From: Anaeramoeba ignava BMAN
Taxonomy: Eukaryota > Protista > Anaeramoebae
Reading direction: 5' to 3'
Length of the DNA: 64,000 nt
NCBI GenBank assembly: GCA_028826165.1
Contig: JAPDFW010000071.1
Coordinates: forward strand, 310,001-374,000
The notes under the pieces are model-generated. The model saw only the letters and a program-made list of their open reading frames with translations, was not told the DNA's origin and did no database searches. Position 1 is the first letter of the stretch; each line of letters begins with the position of its first letter. The position numbers and the translations under genes were made by a program. Of the stretch, positions 24,601-38,631 are shown piece by piece.

Positions 24601-27308
24601 AAATATTTAAATTAAATTAAATATTTAAATTAATACTTTGGATGGCATAAATTGTGTGTCATAAATAATAAAATGAGGAAAATCTTCAATAGCAGAACAT
24701 AATTGATGAAGTTGCAATTTCCAATCATAAAGTTCCTGAATTTTTGAACGATCCATATAAAGAGACTCTGCACCAGGAATAGTAATATTATAACCATGAC
24801 CTTTTTGTTCAGCTTTTTGAGTATTAATAAGATGTTTTGCAACAATAATAGGTCTTAATTGCTCACTGAGAAAACTAAACCCTTTTTTTGCACCTCCAAT
24901 TGTTCTAACAAGTCCTGAAATTCTTGAAGAAATTAAAACTAAAAACCGTTCAACAAAATGCACACTAATTTCCCCAATTTTGATTGATTCTTCGGGAAAA
25001 AATGCATGGCATATTTTATTGGATTTTAAAACAATATCAATGAATGAACTGACATATTGCTGATTGAATTGGAGATTTGTAATTGATTCACGATAAATTA
25101 ATAGCAAATCATTCAAATAAGGAAATAAATGAAACAATCCACATATTGAATCCAATCTTTCTTCAAGAATTCCAATAATTTTTAAATTATCAAGGTGTTT
25201 CATCAATATTTTTGGAAAATTACTCAGTTTCGAAATTTGTAATTCTTGCTCTTCTAGTCCTTTTTCAGATAACTCAGCTTCGCATCGAAACCAATTCAAG
25301 AAAATTTCTGATAAATCAAAATCTTGTTCGTTTTGTTCTGGTGATGTAGTTTTTAAAATATTTATATTGCTCTCAATGATTTGATGTGAAAGAGTTTTAG
25401 AATTTAAAAAGAATTTTTGATAGAATTCCTCTAAAGTTGCGAAATCATTCTTATGCATATTGATAATATAATATTTTCGAACAACTAAATTATGTTTTTT
25501 TTATAAAAGAAAAAGAAAGGATTTTTTAAATAATTTTGTTCTGTTTTGGAATTTTTTTGAAATATATTATATTCACTTGAATGGTATTTCAAAATTAATT
25601 GTGAAAGTTTAGCAACAAAATAAATTAATTGAACGAAAGTTCCATATTGAAATTCATTGGACGATTTTGCTTTAGATTTTGAAGATAATTTGTTAAAATG
25701 ATTTAAATACCACAAAATTTGATAATAAGATAAGCCTAAAGAAGCAAAAGCAATCTAAATTGATAATATAAAGGAGAAATTTTTGGATATTGATTTTTAT
25801 ATTTTGAATTAAAATTATATTTATTTTGATGTACATTAATTTTTTGTGGAATTAAACCAGGTCGTGATTTTAATAAATGAAAAAGTGTTGAAATTTCTTT
25901 AACTAAAAACAGTCGGTATTTTTCTTGATTATCATAAGCATTTGCCAAACAATTATTTAAAGCATTTGAAATAACTTTTCTCTTTTTTGAAATTTTCATT
26001 TTTTTAAAAAGTGAAGAACCAAGCATTGTTTCCATTGGTTCATGAGGATAAAAAACAATTTCACGATAAACAGGAATAACATATAAATTTGTTAAAGCCA
26101 ATTCAGCAATTTGAACCATAATATCTTTATAAAAGGTTTGTGGACAAAATGCAATTCCATAAACTGTCCATTCAATTAATCTCTGGAAATCTTGAAGGAA
26201 ATAATAAGATGGATCTTTAATAGGATAAGGAAGAAGATTTTCTTTTAAAGTGATAGATAATAATCCTTTTTTTCGGATATCCTAATTGAGAAATTATTTT
26301 TTATTAAATTTTATAAATGATTTTAATTTTGATTTTAATTTTGAATTTGAAAATAAAAATACATCAGAATTAAAGCCTAATGATAATGTAAAAAATAATG
26401 GTTCGATAATTAAACATATAATTTCCCAAAAATGATTCAGATCTTGCATTAACTTTTTTTCTGGTGAATCAGTTGAAGCAACAAATTTAGCAACTTCAAG
26501 AAAATCTGATGAGAATTTTTCTTTTCAATTTTATGAGTAACATTATAAAGAAGAACAACTTTTTTTCGTGATTCAAATTGAGAAAGAAGTAAATGAATTT
26601 TGGCATAATTCACAAAAATATCCATAAAATATTCAGTAACAGTTCGATTTAATTCAAACTAATTGAATCAATTAAAAAAGAAAAAAGGTGAAAAAATTTT
26701 TTTCAAATGATAAAAAAAAATTTTTTTTCTTTTTGGGATTTTTTTTTTAATTAAATTTTATTTACAGAAAAACAATAAATTTTAGTAACCGCTGAATCAA
26801 GAAATTTTAATACTTCTTTACAAAGAGTAGCTGCATTTTTTAAAATGAAAAAAGGTTCTGTTGTTTCTGTAAAAATGGATTCTGATTCTTTTTTTAAAAT
26901 ATCAAATTGAGGATGCTTTTAAAATTTAAATTTAAATTATAATTATAAAAAAAAATGAAAAATTTGAATAAATTGACATTTTTTATAATTTTACAAGAAA
27001 AATTTTTTCATTTGTTTGTGATTCTCCAAATTTTTTATATGATTTCTTTAACAATCCATTAAATCTTTCATCATTCCAAAGTTGAGGAATTTGATTTGGA
27101 TCATCGTACTAATTAAAAAAAGATAAGGAAATTAAATTTAAAATTAATTTATTTTAATTTAAAAAAAATTTTTTTTTTGATTTAAATTTTTTAAAAAATT
27201 TGTAAATATTATTTAAAAAGAAACCTTTTGTTTTAAATTATAAATTTGAACAAGAATTCCTTTTTGATGTTCTATTAAAATCGTTGATTTGTCTGCAAAC
27301 TTTTCCAT
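21605..27308 (-). CDS. NCKAP1: Nck-associated protein 1 / Nap1 (WAVE/SCAR complex subunit), multi-exon
   Basis: N-terminus MEKFADKSTILIEHQKGILVQIYNLKQK, LYVIPVYRE, RPGLIPQK, PGAES, EMIALCDFLGPYGV, IEGHSNNSHCI, SPFISREFLEEFAPYILL match the Nap1/Hem family. Exons are separated by GT-AG introns; internal boundaries were not all resolved. Confidence 0.88.
22930..23860. repeat. Intronic AT-rich tandem repeat (TTAAATTAAATCAAAATAT-like)
   Basis: Visible degenerate tandem units within an NCKAP1 intron. Confidence 0.8.
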
Positions 27309-27479
27309 TAAAAAAAAATTTTTTTTAATAAAAAAAAAAAGCAAAAAAAAAAATTTAAATAAAATAAAGTAAAGAAAATGAAAAAAAAAAAATGAAAAAA
27401 AAATGATCAAAAAAAATTTTTTCAATTTAAAAAATAAAAACTAAAAACAAAAGAAAATAAAAAAATGGAGAAGAAAACT

Positions 27480-27970
27480 AATTTTGATTTTAATTTTTAA
27501 ATTTAATTTTAATTTTAATTTTAATTTTAATTTTAATTTTAATTTTAATTTTAATTTTAATTTTAATTTTAGATTTTAATTTTAATTTTAATTTTAATTT
27601 TAATTTTAATTTTAATTTTAATTTTAATTTTAATTTTAATTTTAGTTTTAGATTTTAGATTTAATTTTAGATTTAATTTTAATTTTAATTTTTAATTTTA
27701 ATTTTAATTTTAATTTTAATTTTAATTTAGATTTTAATTTTAATTTAAATTTTAAATTTTAGATTTAGATTTTTAATTTTAATTTTAAATTTTTAAATTT
27801 GATTTTAATTTTAATTTTAAATTTTAATTTTAATTTTAATTTTTAATTTTAATTTTGATTTTTTTTAATTTTTGATTTTAAATTTTAATTTTAATTTTAA
27901 TTTTTGAATTTTAATTTTAATTTTAATTTTTAATTTTAATTTTAATTTTAATTTTAATTTTAATTTTGAA
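27480..27970. repeat. (TTTTAA)n intergenic hexamer tract
   Basis: Directly visible. Similar tracts lie at 38295-38630, 40640-40767 and 42605-42700, downstream of RCC1-BTB copies. Confidence 0.85.
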
Positions 27971-27972
27971 TT

Positions 27973-29728
27973 TTAATTTTGATTATTAAATTTGTTAATT
28001 AATAAATCAAATAAATTTGGATTTGTTTGATTTAATTGAAAATAATCAATTCCAATTTTAATTTCATCAATAATTTCTTTTGTAATTTGAATTTCATCTT
28101 TAATTTGATTTGAATAAATCCAATATTCAAATATTTGAAATGATTTATTACTTAATTCACTATAATCTGTAACTTTATTAGATTTATCTTCAGTTACAGA
28201 TAAAAACATTCCTCGATATAATTCAATTTCTCATTATTAATATTAATTTAGGGGAATTTATATTGTTTTTCTTTTCTTTCAATTATAAAATCTTTTTCAT
28301 TTTCATTTTCATTTTCATTTAAATAAATTCTTTTCATTGTTTCTTCAATTTTTTCATTGGAATTTATAATTTCTTTAATTTCTGAATATAATTTTGGATT
28401 TATTATTCTGTTTGAATAAATCATTTCAAATATTTGATTTGATTCTTTAATTGATTTTTTTGAAATAATTTCTTGAAGTTTTTCAATTTCATTTTGATTT
28501 TGATTTAATCTATATTTCAATATTAATTTATGAGCTTCAATTATTTCTCCATTTTCTGTTTTAAATGAAATATCACAAAATTCTTTTCTTTCAAATAATT
28601 TTATCAAATCTTCTTCAAGATTGGAAAAAGAAGGAGGAGAATAATAAAGAAATGATCTGTTATATCCACAAGAAATATGATAATTGGAAATATTTTCATT
28701 AAATCTTAATTTAGGAAGTTCAATTTGAATTGGAGTTGATTGATCTTTTGTATTTCCAGTTCCTAATTGACTATATTCATTATTTCCAAATCCAATTAAT
28801 TTTGAATTGGAAGTTAAAATCAAAGTATGAGCATTTCCAACAGAAATATCAATAATATCATCATTTTCAAATAAAGATGATTTGATTTCAGTAAATATAT
28901 AAATATTTTGATCAATCCGTTATATTCATATCTTCCACATGAATAAAGTTTTCTTTTTGGATTTTGATTTTCATTTTCAATCAACATTATTGAAAAAGAA
29001 ACGCCTAATTGAATATCAATTATTTTACCTTTTGGAATATTTTGTATTTGTGTTAATTTTTGGATTCCATCTTCTTTTCTTGATTCTCCTAATCCAAGTT
29101 GACCCCAATAATTATATCCACATCCAAATAATTCTTGATTTGAATTTAAAAGAAAAACAGAATATGAAGTATTTCCTGAAAATATTTTAGAAACATTTTT
29201 CATTATTAAAATTGGTTTTTCTGTTTTTGGAAGTGTTTTAGAATCAAATCCAAGTTGACCATATACATTTAAACCAATTCCATAAGCATTTTGATTTGAA
29301 GTTAATAAGTAAATTGAACGAGATCCAGAAACAATATCTTGAATTATTCTATCATTTGTATCTTCAATTAATGATGAAATATTGATAAATTCATTTGGAT
29401 TTTTTGGATTAATATCTTTTCCTTTTGCAAATACATTTCCTTCTTTTGTTAAAATAGCTTCGTTATCTTCGCCAACAGTTACTTTTTGAATATTTTCTTC
29501 AATTTGGATTTCTTCAGGATTTTGATTTGAATAATTTTTATTTAAATATTCTATTGCTTTTCCATTTTTAAAAAGGAAAATTGTTGAAGAAAAGCTTGTT
29601 GAAATTTGTTTAATTTGTTTTTCATTTTCATTTTCAAATTTAAATTGAATTGGTTTTGTTATTTTATATGGTTCATTTTTGATAAGTTTTGGAAATTTAT
29701 TTAAACCAAAAAATATAATTTCATTCAT
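27973..29728 (-). CDS. RCC1-repeat + tandem BTB protein, copy A (frameshifted; error or pseudogene)
   Basis: ORFs 28820-29728, 28248-28823 and 27973-28209. Motifs GLNVYGQLG, GYNYWGQLG, HTLILT..GFGNNEYSQLG, EAHKLIL, RGMFLSV. Indels near 28915, 28252 and 28226 relative to copy B. Confidence 0.8.
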
Positions 29729-29836
29729 TTTTTTTATTTTATTTTTTAATTGTTTAATTTTTTTGAAAAGAAAAAAATGAAAAAAATGAAAAAATAAAAA
29801 ATGATTTCGATTTTGATTTTGATTTTAATTTTAGTT

Positions 29837-31717
29837 TTAAAATGTGGAACATTTATTTCCTTTTTCTTGTTTTGTTTGTTTTGTTTTTTCTTTCAATTCT
29901 TTTTCTTTCAATTCTTTTTTTTTTTTTCAATTCTTTTTGATTATTAAATTTGTTAATTAATAAATCAAATAAATTTGGATTTGTTTGATTTAATTGAAAA
30001 TAATCAATTCCAATTTGAATTTCATCAATTATTTCTTGAGTAATTTCAATTTCATCTTTAATTTGATTTGAATAAATCCAATATTCAAATATTTGAAATG
30101 ATTTATTACTTAATTCACTATAATCTGTAACTTTATTAGAAGTATCTTCAGTTACAGATAAAAACATTCCTCGATATAATTCACTTCTCATTATTAATAT
30201 TAATTTAGGGAATTTATATTGTTTTTCTTTTCTTTCAATTATAAAATCTTTTTCATTTTCATTTTCATTTTCATTTAAATAAATTCTTTTCATTGTTTCT
30301 TCAATTTTTCATTGGAATTTATAATTTCTTTAATTTCTGAATATAATATTGGATTTATTATTCTATTTGAATAAATCATTTCAAATATTTGATTTGATTC
30401 TTTAATTGATTTTTTTGAAATAATTTCTTGAAGTTTTTCAATTTCATTTTGATTTTGATTTAATCTATATTTCAATATTAATTTATGAGCTTCAATTATT
30501 TCTCCATTTTCTGTTTTAAATGAAATATCACAAAATTCTTTTCTTTCAAATAATTTTATCAAATCTTCTTCAAGATTGGAAAAAGAAGAAGGAGAATAAT
30601 AAAGAAATGATCTGTTATATCCACAAGAAAGATGATAGTTGGAAATATTTTCATTAAATCTTAATTTAGGAAGTTCAATTTGAATTGGAGTTGATTGATC
30701 TTTTGTATCTTCAATCCCTAATTGACCATATTCATTATTTCCAAATCCTATTAATTTTGAATTGGAAGTTAAAATCAAAGTATGAGCATTTCCAACAGAA
30801 ATATCAATAATATCATCATTTTCAAATAAAGATGATTTGATTTCAGTAAATATATAAATATTTTGATCAAATCCGTTATATTCATATCTTCCACATGAAT
30901 AAAGTTTTCTTTTTGGATTTTCATTTTGATTTTCATTTTCAATCAACATTATTGAAAAAGAAACGCCTAATTGAATATCAATTATTTTACCTTTTGGAAT
31001 ATTTTGTATTTGTGTTAATTTTTGGATTCCATCTTCTTTTCTTGATTCTCCTAATCCAAGTTGACCCCAATAATTATATCCACATCCAAATAATTCTTGA
31101 TTTGAATTTAAAAGAAAAACATATTCTGAAGAATTTCCTGAAAATATTTTAGAAACATTTTTCATCATTAAAATTGGTTTTTCTGTTTTTGGAAGTGTTT
31201 TAGAATCAAAACCAAGTTGACCATAATAATTTGAACCAATTCCATAAGCATTTTGATTTGAAGTTAATAAATAAATTGAACGAGATCCAGAAACAATATC
31301 TTGAATTATTCTATCATTTTTATCTTCAATTAGTGATGAAATATTGATAAATTCATCTGGATTTTTTGGATTAATATCTTTTCCTTTGGCAAATACATTT
31401 CCTTCTATTGTTAAAATAGCTTCGTTATCTTCGCCAACAGTTACTTTTTGAATATTTTCAATTTGGATTTCTTCAGGATTTTGATTTGAATAATTTTTAT
31501 TTGAATATTCTATTGCTTTTCCATTTTTTAAAAGGAAAATTGTTGAGAAATAACCTGATGAAATTTGTTTAATTTGTTTTACATTTTCATTTTCATTTTC
31601 ATTTTCATTTTCATTTTCATTTTCAAATTTAAATTGAATTGGTTTTGTTATTTTTTCTGGTTCATTTTTGATAAGTTTTGGAAATTTATTTAAACCAAAA
31701 AATATAATTTCATTCAT
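29837..31717 (-). CDS. RCC1-repeat + tandem BTB protein, copy B (frameshifts in A-runs; likely C-terminus ...GNKCSTF)
   Basis: ORFs 30290-31717 and 29853-30293, near-identical to copy A. Shifts occur at ~30305 and in the poly-A at ~29920. Confidence 0.82.
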
Positions 31718-31783
31718 TTTTTTTTTTATTTTTTAATTGTTTAATTTTTGAAAAGAAAAAAATGAAAAAAATGAAAAATAATT

Positions 31784-34700
31784 TTATTTTTTCAAATTGG
31801 AATTATTTAAAAAAATTTCAAAACGAATTTTAGATAAAATATTTGCAAATTGAATTCTTTCAAGTAAAGAAGCTTGATTAAACCAATTTTGGATAATCTG
31901 TAAAAGAAAAGGATTCCATTTTTCCAAAAAAGATTTCCAAAATTCTTCAATATTCAACATTTCTTTTTGTGATTCATTTTTGGAATAAAAATCTTTGATT
32001 TGTTTATAAAATTCTCTGAGCAATTTGGCCTTGTGATCTGTGTTTTGAAGAACCCAATTCCAAATTAAAAAGAAAGAAGGTTTTGAGGCCAAAAAATTAA
32101 TAACAGTTTTGCCACTTGATAATTCAACAGATTTTTGAATTTCATCAACATCTCGACCCTTTTTGACTCTTAATCTGTGCCTAATCTCAAAGAGAATCAT
32201 GAAAACAAGAACAGTAAGTGAGATCCAAATCAATGAAATGATAACGATTGCCAAGATATTGTTAGCTCTGGATGATTGAAGATCATTTGAAACAAAAACC
32301 ATTCCTGAAAAGAGAATAATTTCTGAGAAGGAAATCAAAACAAATTCAAGAGTATTATGGCGATTTGAAACAAAGGGCTTTGTTTGAACTTGGAGAACAA
32401 GAGAAGCAAGAAGAATCACAACAGAAACAACCAATTGGAGAATGGCGTCGAAAGAAAAAAACAACTGGGAAATAGTCATGAACAGTTTGCGGATCATGAT
32501 AACAATTTCCCAAAAAAACCACCGTTTTGTATATCTTGCACAAAGTAATCCAAAATGGAGATCAAATGTTTTCTCATCCATTTTTTTGGAAGAAACAAAA
32601 AACAAGATTGCTAAAGTGAGAGGTATTCCAACAACATAGATAACAAAGAAGAGAATTGCCCAAGGAAGAAGTCTCATCCACCATTCATGATAGCAGAATA
32701 GTGATGTGTCAGGTTCGAATAGATATACTCCTGATGATTGTTTTCTGCAATCGAAAACTTGAAGCACTTTGTAGCTGAGGAAGAGATACAGAAAAGAAAG
32801 AATGGTTGAGTATGAATTGATCAAGTTGTTATACAATGTTTTGCGTTGCTCTCTACCAAATCCATGAGTGAAAAGCTGGCTGAATTTGAAACGAGCCCAA
32901 GAAAAAATGTACAAATATTTGTTAGTGGTTTGTCGTGTCGGTCTTTCACAGAATGATGGGAATTTATTCATAAATTTGGATCCACATTTCTCAATTGTTT
33001 TGGAATGAAGGAAAACAACCAAATAAACAAACAAAAGAACAAAAAAAAGAATGAAGGGAAAACTCATACAAATCCACCATTTCTGCGTGTAAGTTAGGGG
33101 TACAGTGCACTCAACTGCAAGATAATCAATGTTGAAATTAAACACAGAAAGAGATCGCCAAGTAGAATTGATCGAATCTGGCCAATTAGCTTTCAATCCA
33201 GCAATCACAGCAAGAACTTGGAAAAAGGAAAACATGATACTAAAAGAAGCAAAATAATTCTTCACTTTTCTGGCAATAATGAAAAGAAACAAACACAACA
33301 AAATCACAAAAAAAGACATAAGAATCAATCGATTGTTTTGATTTTGAGGGCATTTCATGCATTCCCCCCCAAATTTGTAAAACCCACTCAAACAAACAGC
33401 ACATAAATTGCCACTATATCCAATATTTTCATTACAAGTATCAGTACCTCCTCCAGGGCAAGCAGCTGAAACAGCGCATTGGAAAAAAGAAGTAGGATCT
33501 GAACTAGAGTGCCAATATCCAGGCTCAGCATCAGGAACAACAACACCAATATCATCACATATTCCTCCACTCGGACACAATTTACATGAACTGCCATATT
33601 CTCCATAATATCCAATAGAACACAGGCAATCTTTTTCACTTGATGATCCAACTCCACTTGTCCCAGAATTTGTTGGGCAATCAATACAGGATTCTTGCCC
33701 AATTTCTTTTTGATAAGTGTCACTCGGACATGTTGAACATGATGATGCTCCTTCTTTGGAACTATATGATCCAGCAGGGCAATAATAACAAGTGAAAGAT
33801 CCTTCTATTGAACTGTATTCTCCTGTAGGACAAGGAATGCATTGTGATGGGAGCTGGCTGTAATATCCTTTCTTACAAACAGAACAGTTAGTAGATCCAT
33901 TTTCTGTATTGTAATACCCTTGTTGGCACTGAATACAATGAGCAGATCCATTTTTACTAGTGTATGTTCCTATTTCGCATAGCGAACACGATGTTTGTTC
34001 CGTTGATTGTTGATAAGATCCAGGAGAACAAGGTTGGCATTGTGATTGTCCTGTTTGATTGGAAAAATTTCCTTCTGGACAGGGTTGGCATTTGGAAGCT
34101 CCAATTATATCATTGTAATTTCCTTCTCCACATCCATGACATGTTTTATCAAAACCTGAACTATATTCTCCTTGTGGACATCCTGCCACTATTGCTGTTA
34201 TCCATTCATTGTTTCTTGAAAAATTGATGTGTTGTTCATCTGTTGAATTGAGCATATCCATATTGAAAGTTTGATTGTTGACTAAGTATATCGCATTATA
34301 AGAATAATTTCGAGCTTCATCTGGAGAGCTTCTAAGTAAAACAAGCCAAAGTGGACTTTGTAATGTAGATGTGTTATGAATAATCATTTGAGTGCTTTCC
34401 TTTTCCAATTCTAGGATAACATCTGCATCTTCTTTGATTGTGAAATTCCCGTATATTTCAATCCCATTCTCAAATTTCACTTGACCTTGAAAATATAAAT
34501 TGCTTGATTCATTTTTGATATTAATGGTTGAGTTGATGAAATAATTTGCTTGAGTATCCTCAATACTATTGTTCATACTAGAATTCGAAACAAGAGAATC
34601 ATTTAGGAGTGCTATATTTGAATAACTTATATTCAATTTATTGTAATTTTCTAAACTGCTGAAAGTTATGAATGAGGAATTTGCAGAAAAACTCCCATAA

Positions 34701-37700
34701 TTTTTCAAAGTAAGAAGAAAAGTCACATTTCTTGAATCCACAACAAAATCTCCATTATTCCAAAATTCTGATGTAGTTGGTTGCTCAAGATCACTAGGCA
34801 ATATTAAACAATCCTTAAAGAATTGTGTTTCTTGAAAAACAGTGAAAATGGTTTGTTCAGACAATATTTGTGTTGTATCAAAAATAAAATATTGTGTTGT
34901 AAAATTGGAGTTGGAAATATTTATCCAAGAATGATTTGAAAAAGAAATAAATTTTGTTTGATTAGCAGAAATATCCACAAAATTGATTTGAGTTTCTCCA
35001 GTAATATACAGATCCTCATTTACAACAATGTTTGGTTTTTCATTTCCTGATCCATTTATCATCCCACCTTCCTCTACAAATAGATTCATTTCAAATGATA
35101 AATCTGTAGAAGTTTGAATTTTGCCATAGTTTACTACAATTTGAGAAAATTTTGTATTTCCAGAACAATTAATCTCACTTACTTGATAATTTTTAGTAAA
35201 AAAACCAAAGTTGATTGGAGATGATTGAGAATTAATTTGATCTAATCCATTTATGGAAATTTTCCCATAATTGTTGATTATGGAGGAATTTGATGAAGTT
35301 GTGAAATTAAGAGATTGTATATTAAGATTTGATGTATTTTCCAGCTGAAAAGCAATATTAGGAAAAGAAATGTTGTTTTTGATAAGAATTGAACCTGAAG
35401 ATGTTATATTTGCTTGCGAGGTTTTGCCTTCATTGAAAAATGTTTGATCAGTTCCATCTCCAAAAATGAAAAGGGAATTTGAATTGTTGGAAATGATTTT
35501 GGTGAAATTTAGTTTTCCACTTGAAAATGTAAGATTCTGGATATTGATGTCATTTTGTAAATCTACTTCTGAATTAATTCCAACAATTTCCAGTTTACCA
35601 AAATATATATTCGAAGAATTTATTGTGAATATAGAGTTAGAAATGTATAATTCTCCAGAAAAATCAACTCTATCATCTCCAACAACTTCTATCTCAACAT
35701 TATCCAGTAGCAAACATGAATCAAAAGAAATAATAAATGTTTGATTTTTTTCCTCCAAAGAAGAGAAGTTGAAATTTTGAGAATTTGGAAAAGAATAAAT
35801 GGAGATAGAGGAACTTGAATTTAAGTTAAACCCAGAATTGTTTCCAAAAGTAAAATTAGATGAATTTAGATATAAAGTAGAGGTTTGGGATTCTTCAGCT
35901 TGAATTAATCCATCTTGTATTTGCAAAGTAGAGTTTTGGAATAAATTTAATCCTTCAAGCAAAAGAGAGCTTAAATTTGATTGTAAGTAACTGATGTTTG
36001 AGTTTTCCAATTTCAAATTAGGCAAATCAAATTGCTTATTATTGAAATTAAATTGTGAATCAATAAAATTAAGTTGATATAAATTTTGTGAATAGAAGAT
36101 GAAAATATCAAAAGGATCTTCAATAGAAGAATTTGAAATTGTTAAAGATCCATTGAGTGTAATATTTATCTGAGAAAAAGAATTTGAAGTCAAATCCGAA
36201 AGAAATAATTTTCCATTCTCAGCAATCTCAATTTCTTTTCCAAAAAATATTTCATCAATATCCAAATCACCTTCAACTTCTAATTTGTTTGTATGAAAAC
36301 TTCCGTTTCCATAGAGAGTGTAATTGGAGTGTTCAGGAGATGTTGCTTTTAATGAATACAAGTTTGTATCATCTTGAAATTCAACCAATCCATATTCCAA
36401 TAATATTACCGAATTGGAATAAATATCAACATTTTGAATTGTAGAATTGCCAATAAATAGTGTAATATTAACATTTAATTGAGGATACAATGTGCTATTC
36501 AGTATTGTATTGTAAAGAAAATCTAACCTTGAAAGATTCATTTGATAATTGGCTTCTAGAACTGAATTATTAACAATTAAATAAAGATCATTTGTTGATA
36601 TTTGGCAACTTCCTGTAGGAGAAATGGAAAATTTTTTTTGGATTTGAACTTGAGTTGATTCACTTGTTAGCTCTTTTCCAGTAAAATTCAAACTGCAATT
36701 AATAATTTTTTCATCTTCAAGATTTCCATAAAATGAAAGTGTGTTATTGATTTCCAAAGTTGAATAGATACATTTTAATAATGAGCTTTTATAGAGAAAT
36801 AAATTCGGAATAACATAATTCCCAAAATTTGTTGTAAATTGATAATTAATTCCAATTTTTCCTGAAATGTTGACGAATTCAGATCCTGTTTCCAGAGTTA
36901 AATAATCAAAAAAAACAGAAGAATTTTCTTCGATTGTAAAATTAGAAGAAATAGAAGTGGGAACAAAAACAAAAGATTGAGCTTCTTCATCTGCTCCAAA
37001 ATAAAGTAGTTCTGAAATTTCCAAAAAAGTTCCAGAAATATTGGAATTCCCAAAAACAGTAAGATTAAAGATTGAAGCATTTTGCATTTGGAAATTTGAA
37101 TTATCAAGCTTCACTTGATAAAGTGTTATTTCTGTAGAATTAATTGTTAATTGAGAATTTTTAATTAGAATATCTATATCGGAACAAGAACTTATTTGAA
37201 GTGGCACTCCTTCAGATGTGATTTTAAAATTTCCATTACAATTATTTATTGTTGTCGAACTATTAGTAACTTCTTGATCAGAAACAAAAGATAAAGTTGA
37301 CCAATTTCCATTTATTCCAAGATTGGAAATTACAAAAACAGAATTTGTTCCATTTATAGGATTGCTATCCATAGTTGCATTTTCCAAATAAAATTGATCT
37401 AAATAAACAATGGAATCTTCTGAAATGAGTTTATTTGGGTAATAAAACGATGTATTTTTGAATGTAACATTTGAATTAGAAGAAATGCTGATAGGTGCTT
37501 TAATTTCAAGTTTTGAACAATTAGATCCATCAAAAATAACATTTTGGGAATTGAAAATCTAAATCAAATTCAATAATCAATATTTAATTTAATTTAATTT
37601 AATTTAATTTAATTTAATTTAATTTAATTTTTAGTAATTTTTACATTAATTTGACCTTCAAGAGTAAGTGGAGTACATTCGTCTGAAGTACAATAGAACG

Positions 37701-38036
37701 TCACCTTTTTTTATTTTATTTTTTAAAAATAATTTTTGATTAATTTGATGAAAAGGATTGATTGATTCAAAAAAAACAAAGAGAAAAATTTTTTCTTTTC
37801 TTCTTTTAGAAAATTGGATTTTTGAAAAAAAAAATTAAATAAATCAATAATTTATTAATAATTACATTAGAAACATTAGAAAGAGTTCCTGTAAAATTAT
37901 ATATTATTTCACAGTTTAAAGGATAAGTATCTCCGTCATAAAAATCACTCAGATTTACCTTCGAAGTTTGAAAACGACCTAATTTAAACAAAAAGAAAAA
38001 CAAAAAGAAAAAGAAAAAGAAATTTAATTGAATCAT
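31784..38036 (-). CDS. ~2000-aa surface/membrane protein: signal peptide, beta-helix-like N/S/I-rich region, Cys-rich GCC2/GCC3 (ephrin-receptor-like) repeats, C-terminal multi-pass TM domain
   Basis: Exons 38036-37866, 37704-37645 and 37558-31784 join in frame. Hydrophobic N-terminus MIQLNFFFFFFLFFFLF; repeated CxxCPxGxY; TM block with FQVLAVI, FGLLCARY..RWFFWEIVIMIRKL, KPF...NTLE. Confidence 0.85.
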
Positions 38037-38631
38037 TATTAGTTTAATTAGAAAAAGTAAAAATGGAAGAAAGAAAAAAATGGAAAATTTTTGATCTAAA
38101 CATTTCTTTTTAATTTGTTATTGTGGAAAAAAAAGAAATAATAATGATCCATTTTACCATATTTTAATAAAAAAATTTTTTTTTTCCTTTATCCACCTTT
38201 TTTTTTTTTGATTTTTCTCAGATGGCAAATGAGATTTTATGATCAATTAGAGAAATCATTTAAAAAATTTTATTTTGAAAGTTTTGAATTGATTTTTATT
38301 TTAATTTTAATTTTAATTTTGATTTTAATTTTGATTTTGATTTTAATTTTAATTTTAATTTTATTTTGATTTTAATTTTGATTTTAATTTTGATTTTAAT
38401 TTTAATTTTAATTTTAATTTTGATTTTGATTTTGATTTTAATTTTAATTTTGATTTTAATTTTAATTTTATTTTGATTTTAATTTTGATTTTAAATTTAA
38501 TTTTAATTTTATTTTGACTTTGATTTTGATTTTGATTTTGATTTTGATTTTGATTTGAATTTTAATTTTAATTTTAATTTTAATTTAAATTTTAATTTTA
38601 ATTTGAATTTAATTTGATTTTGATTTTGATT

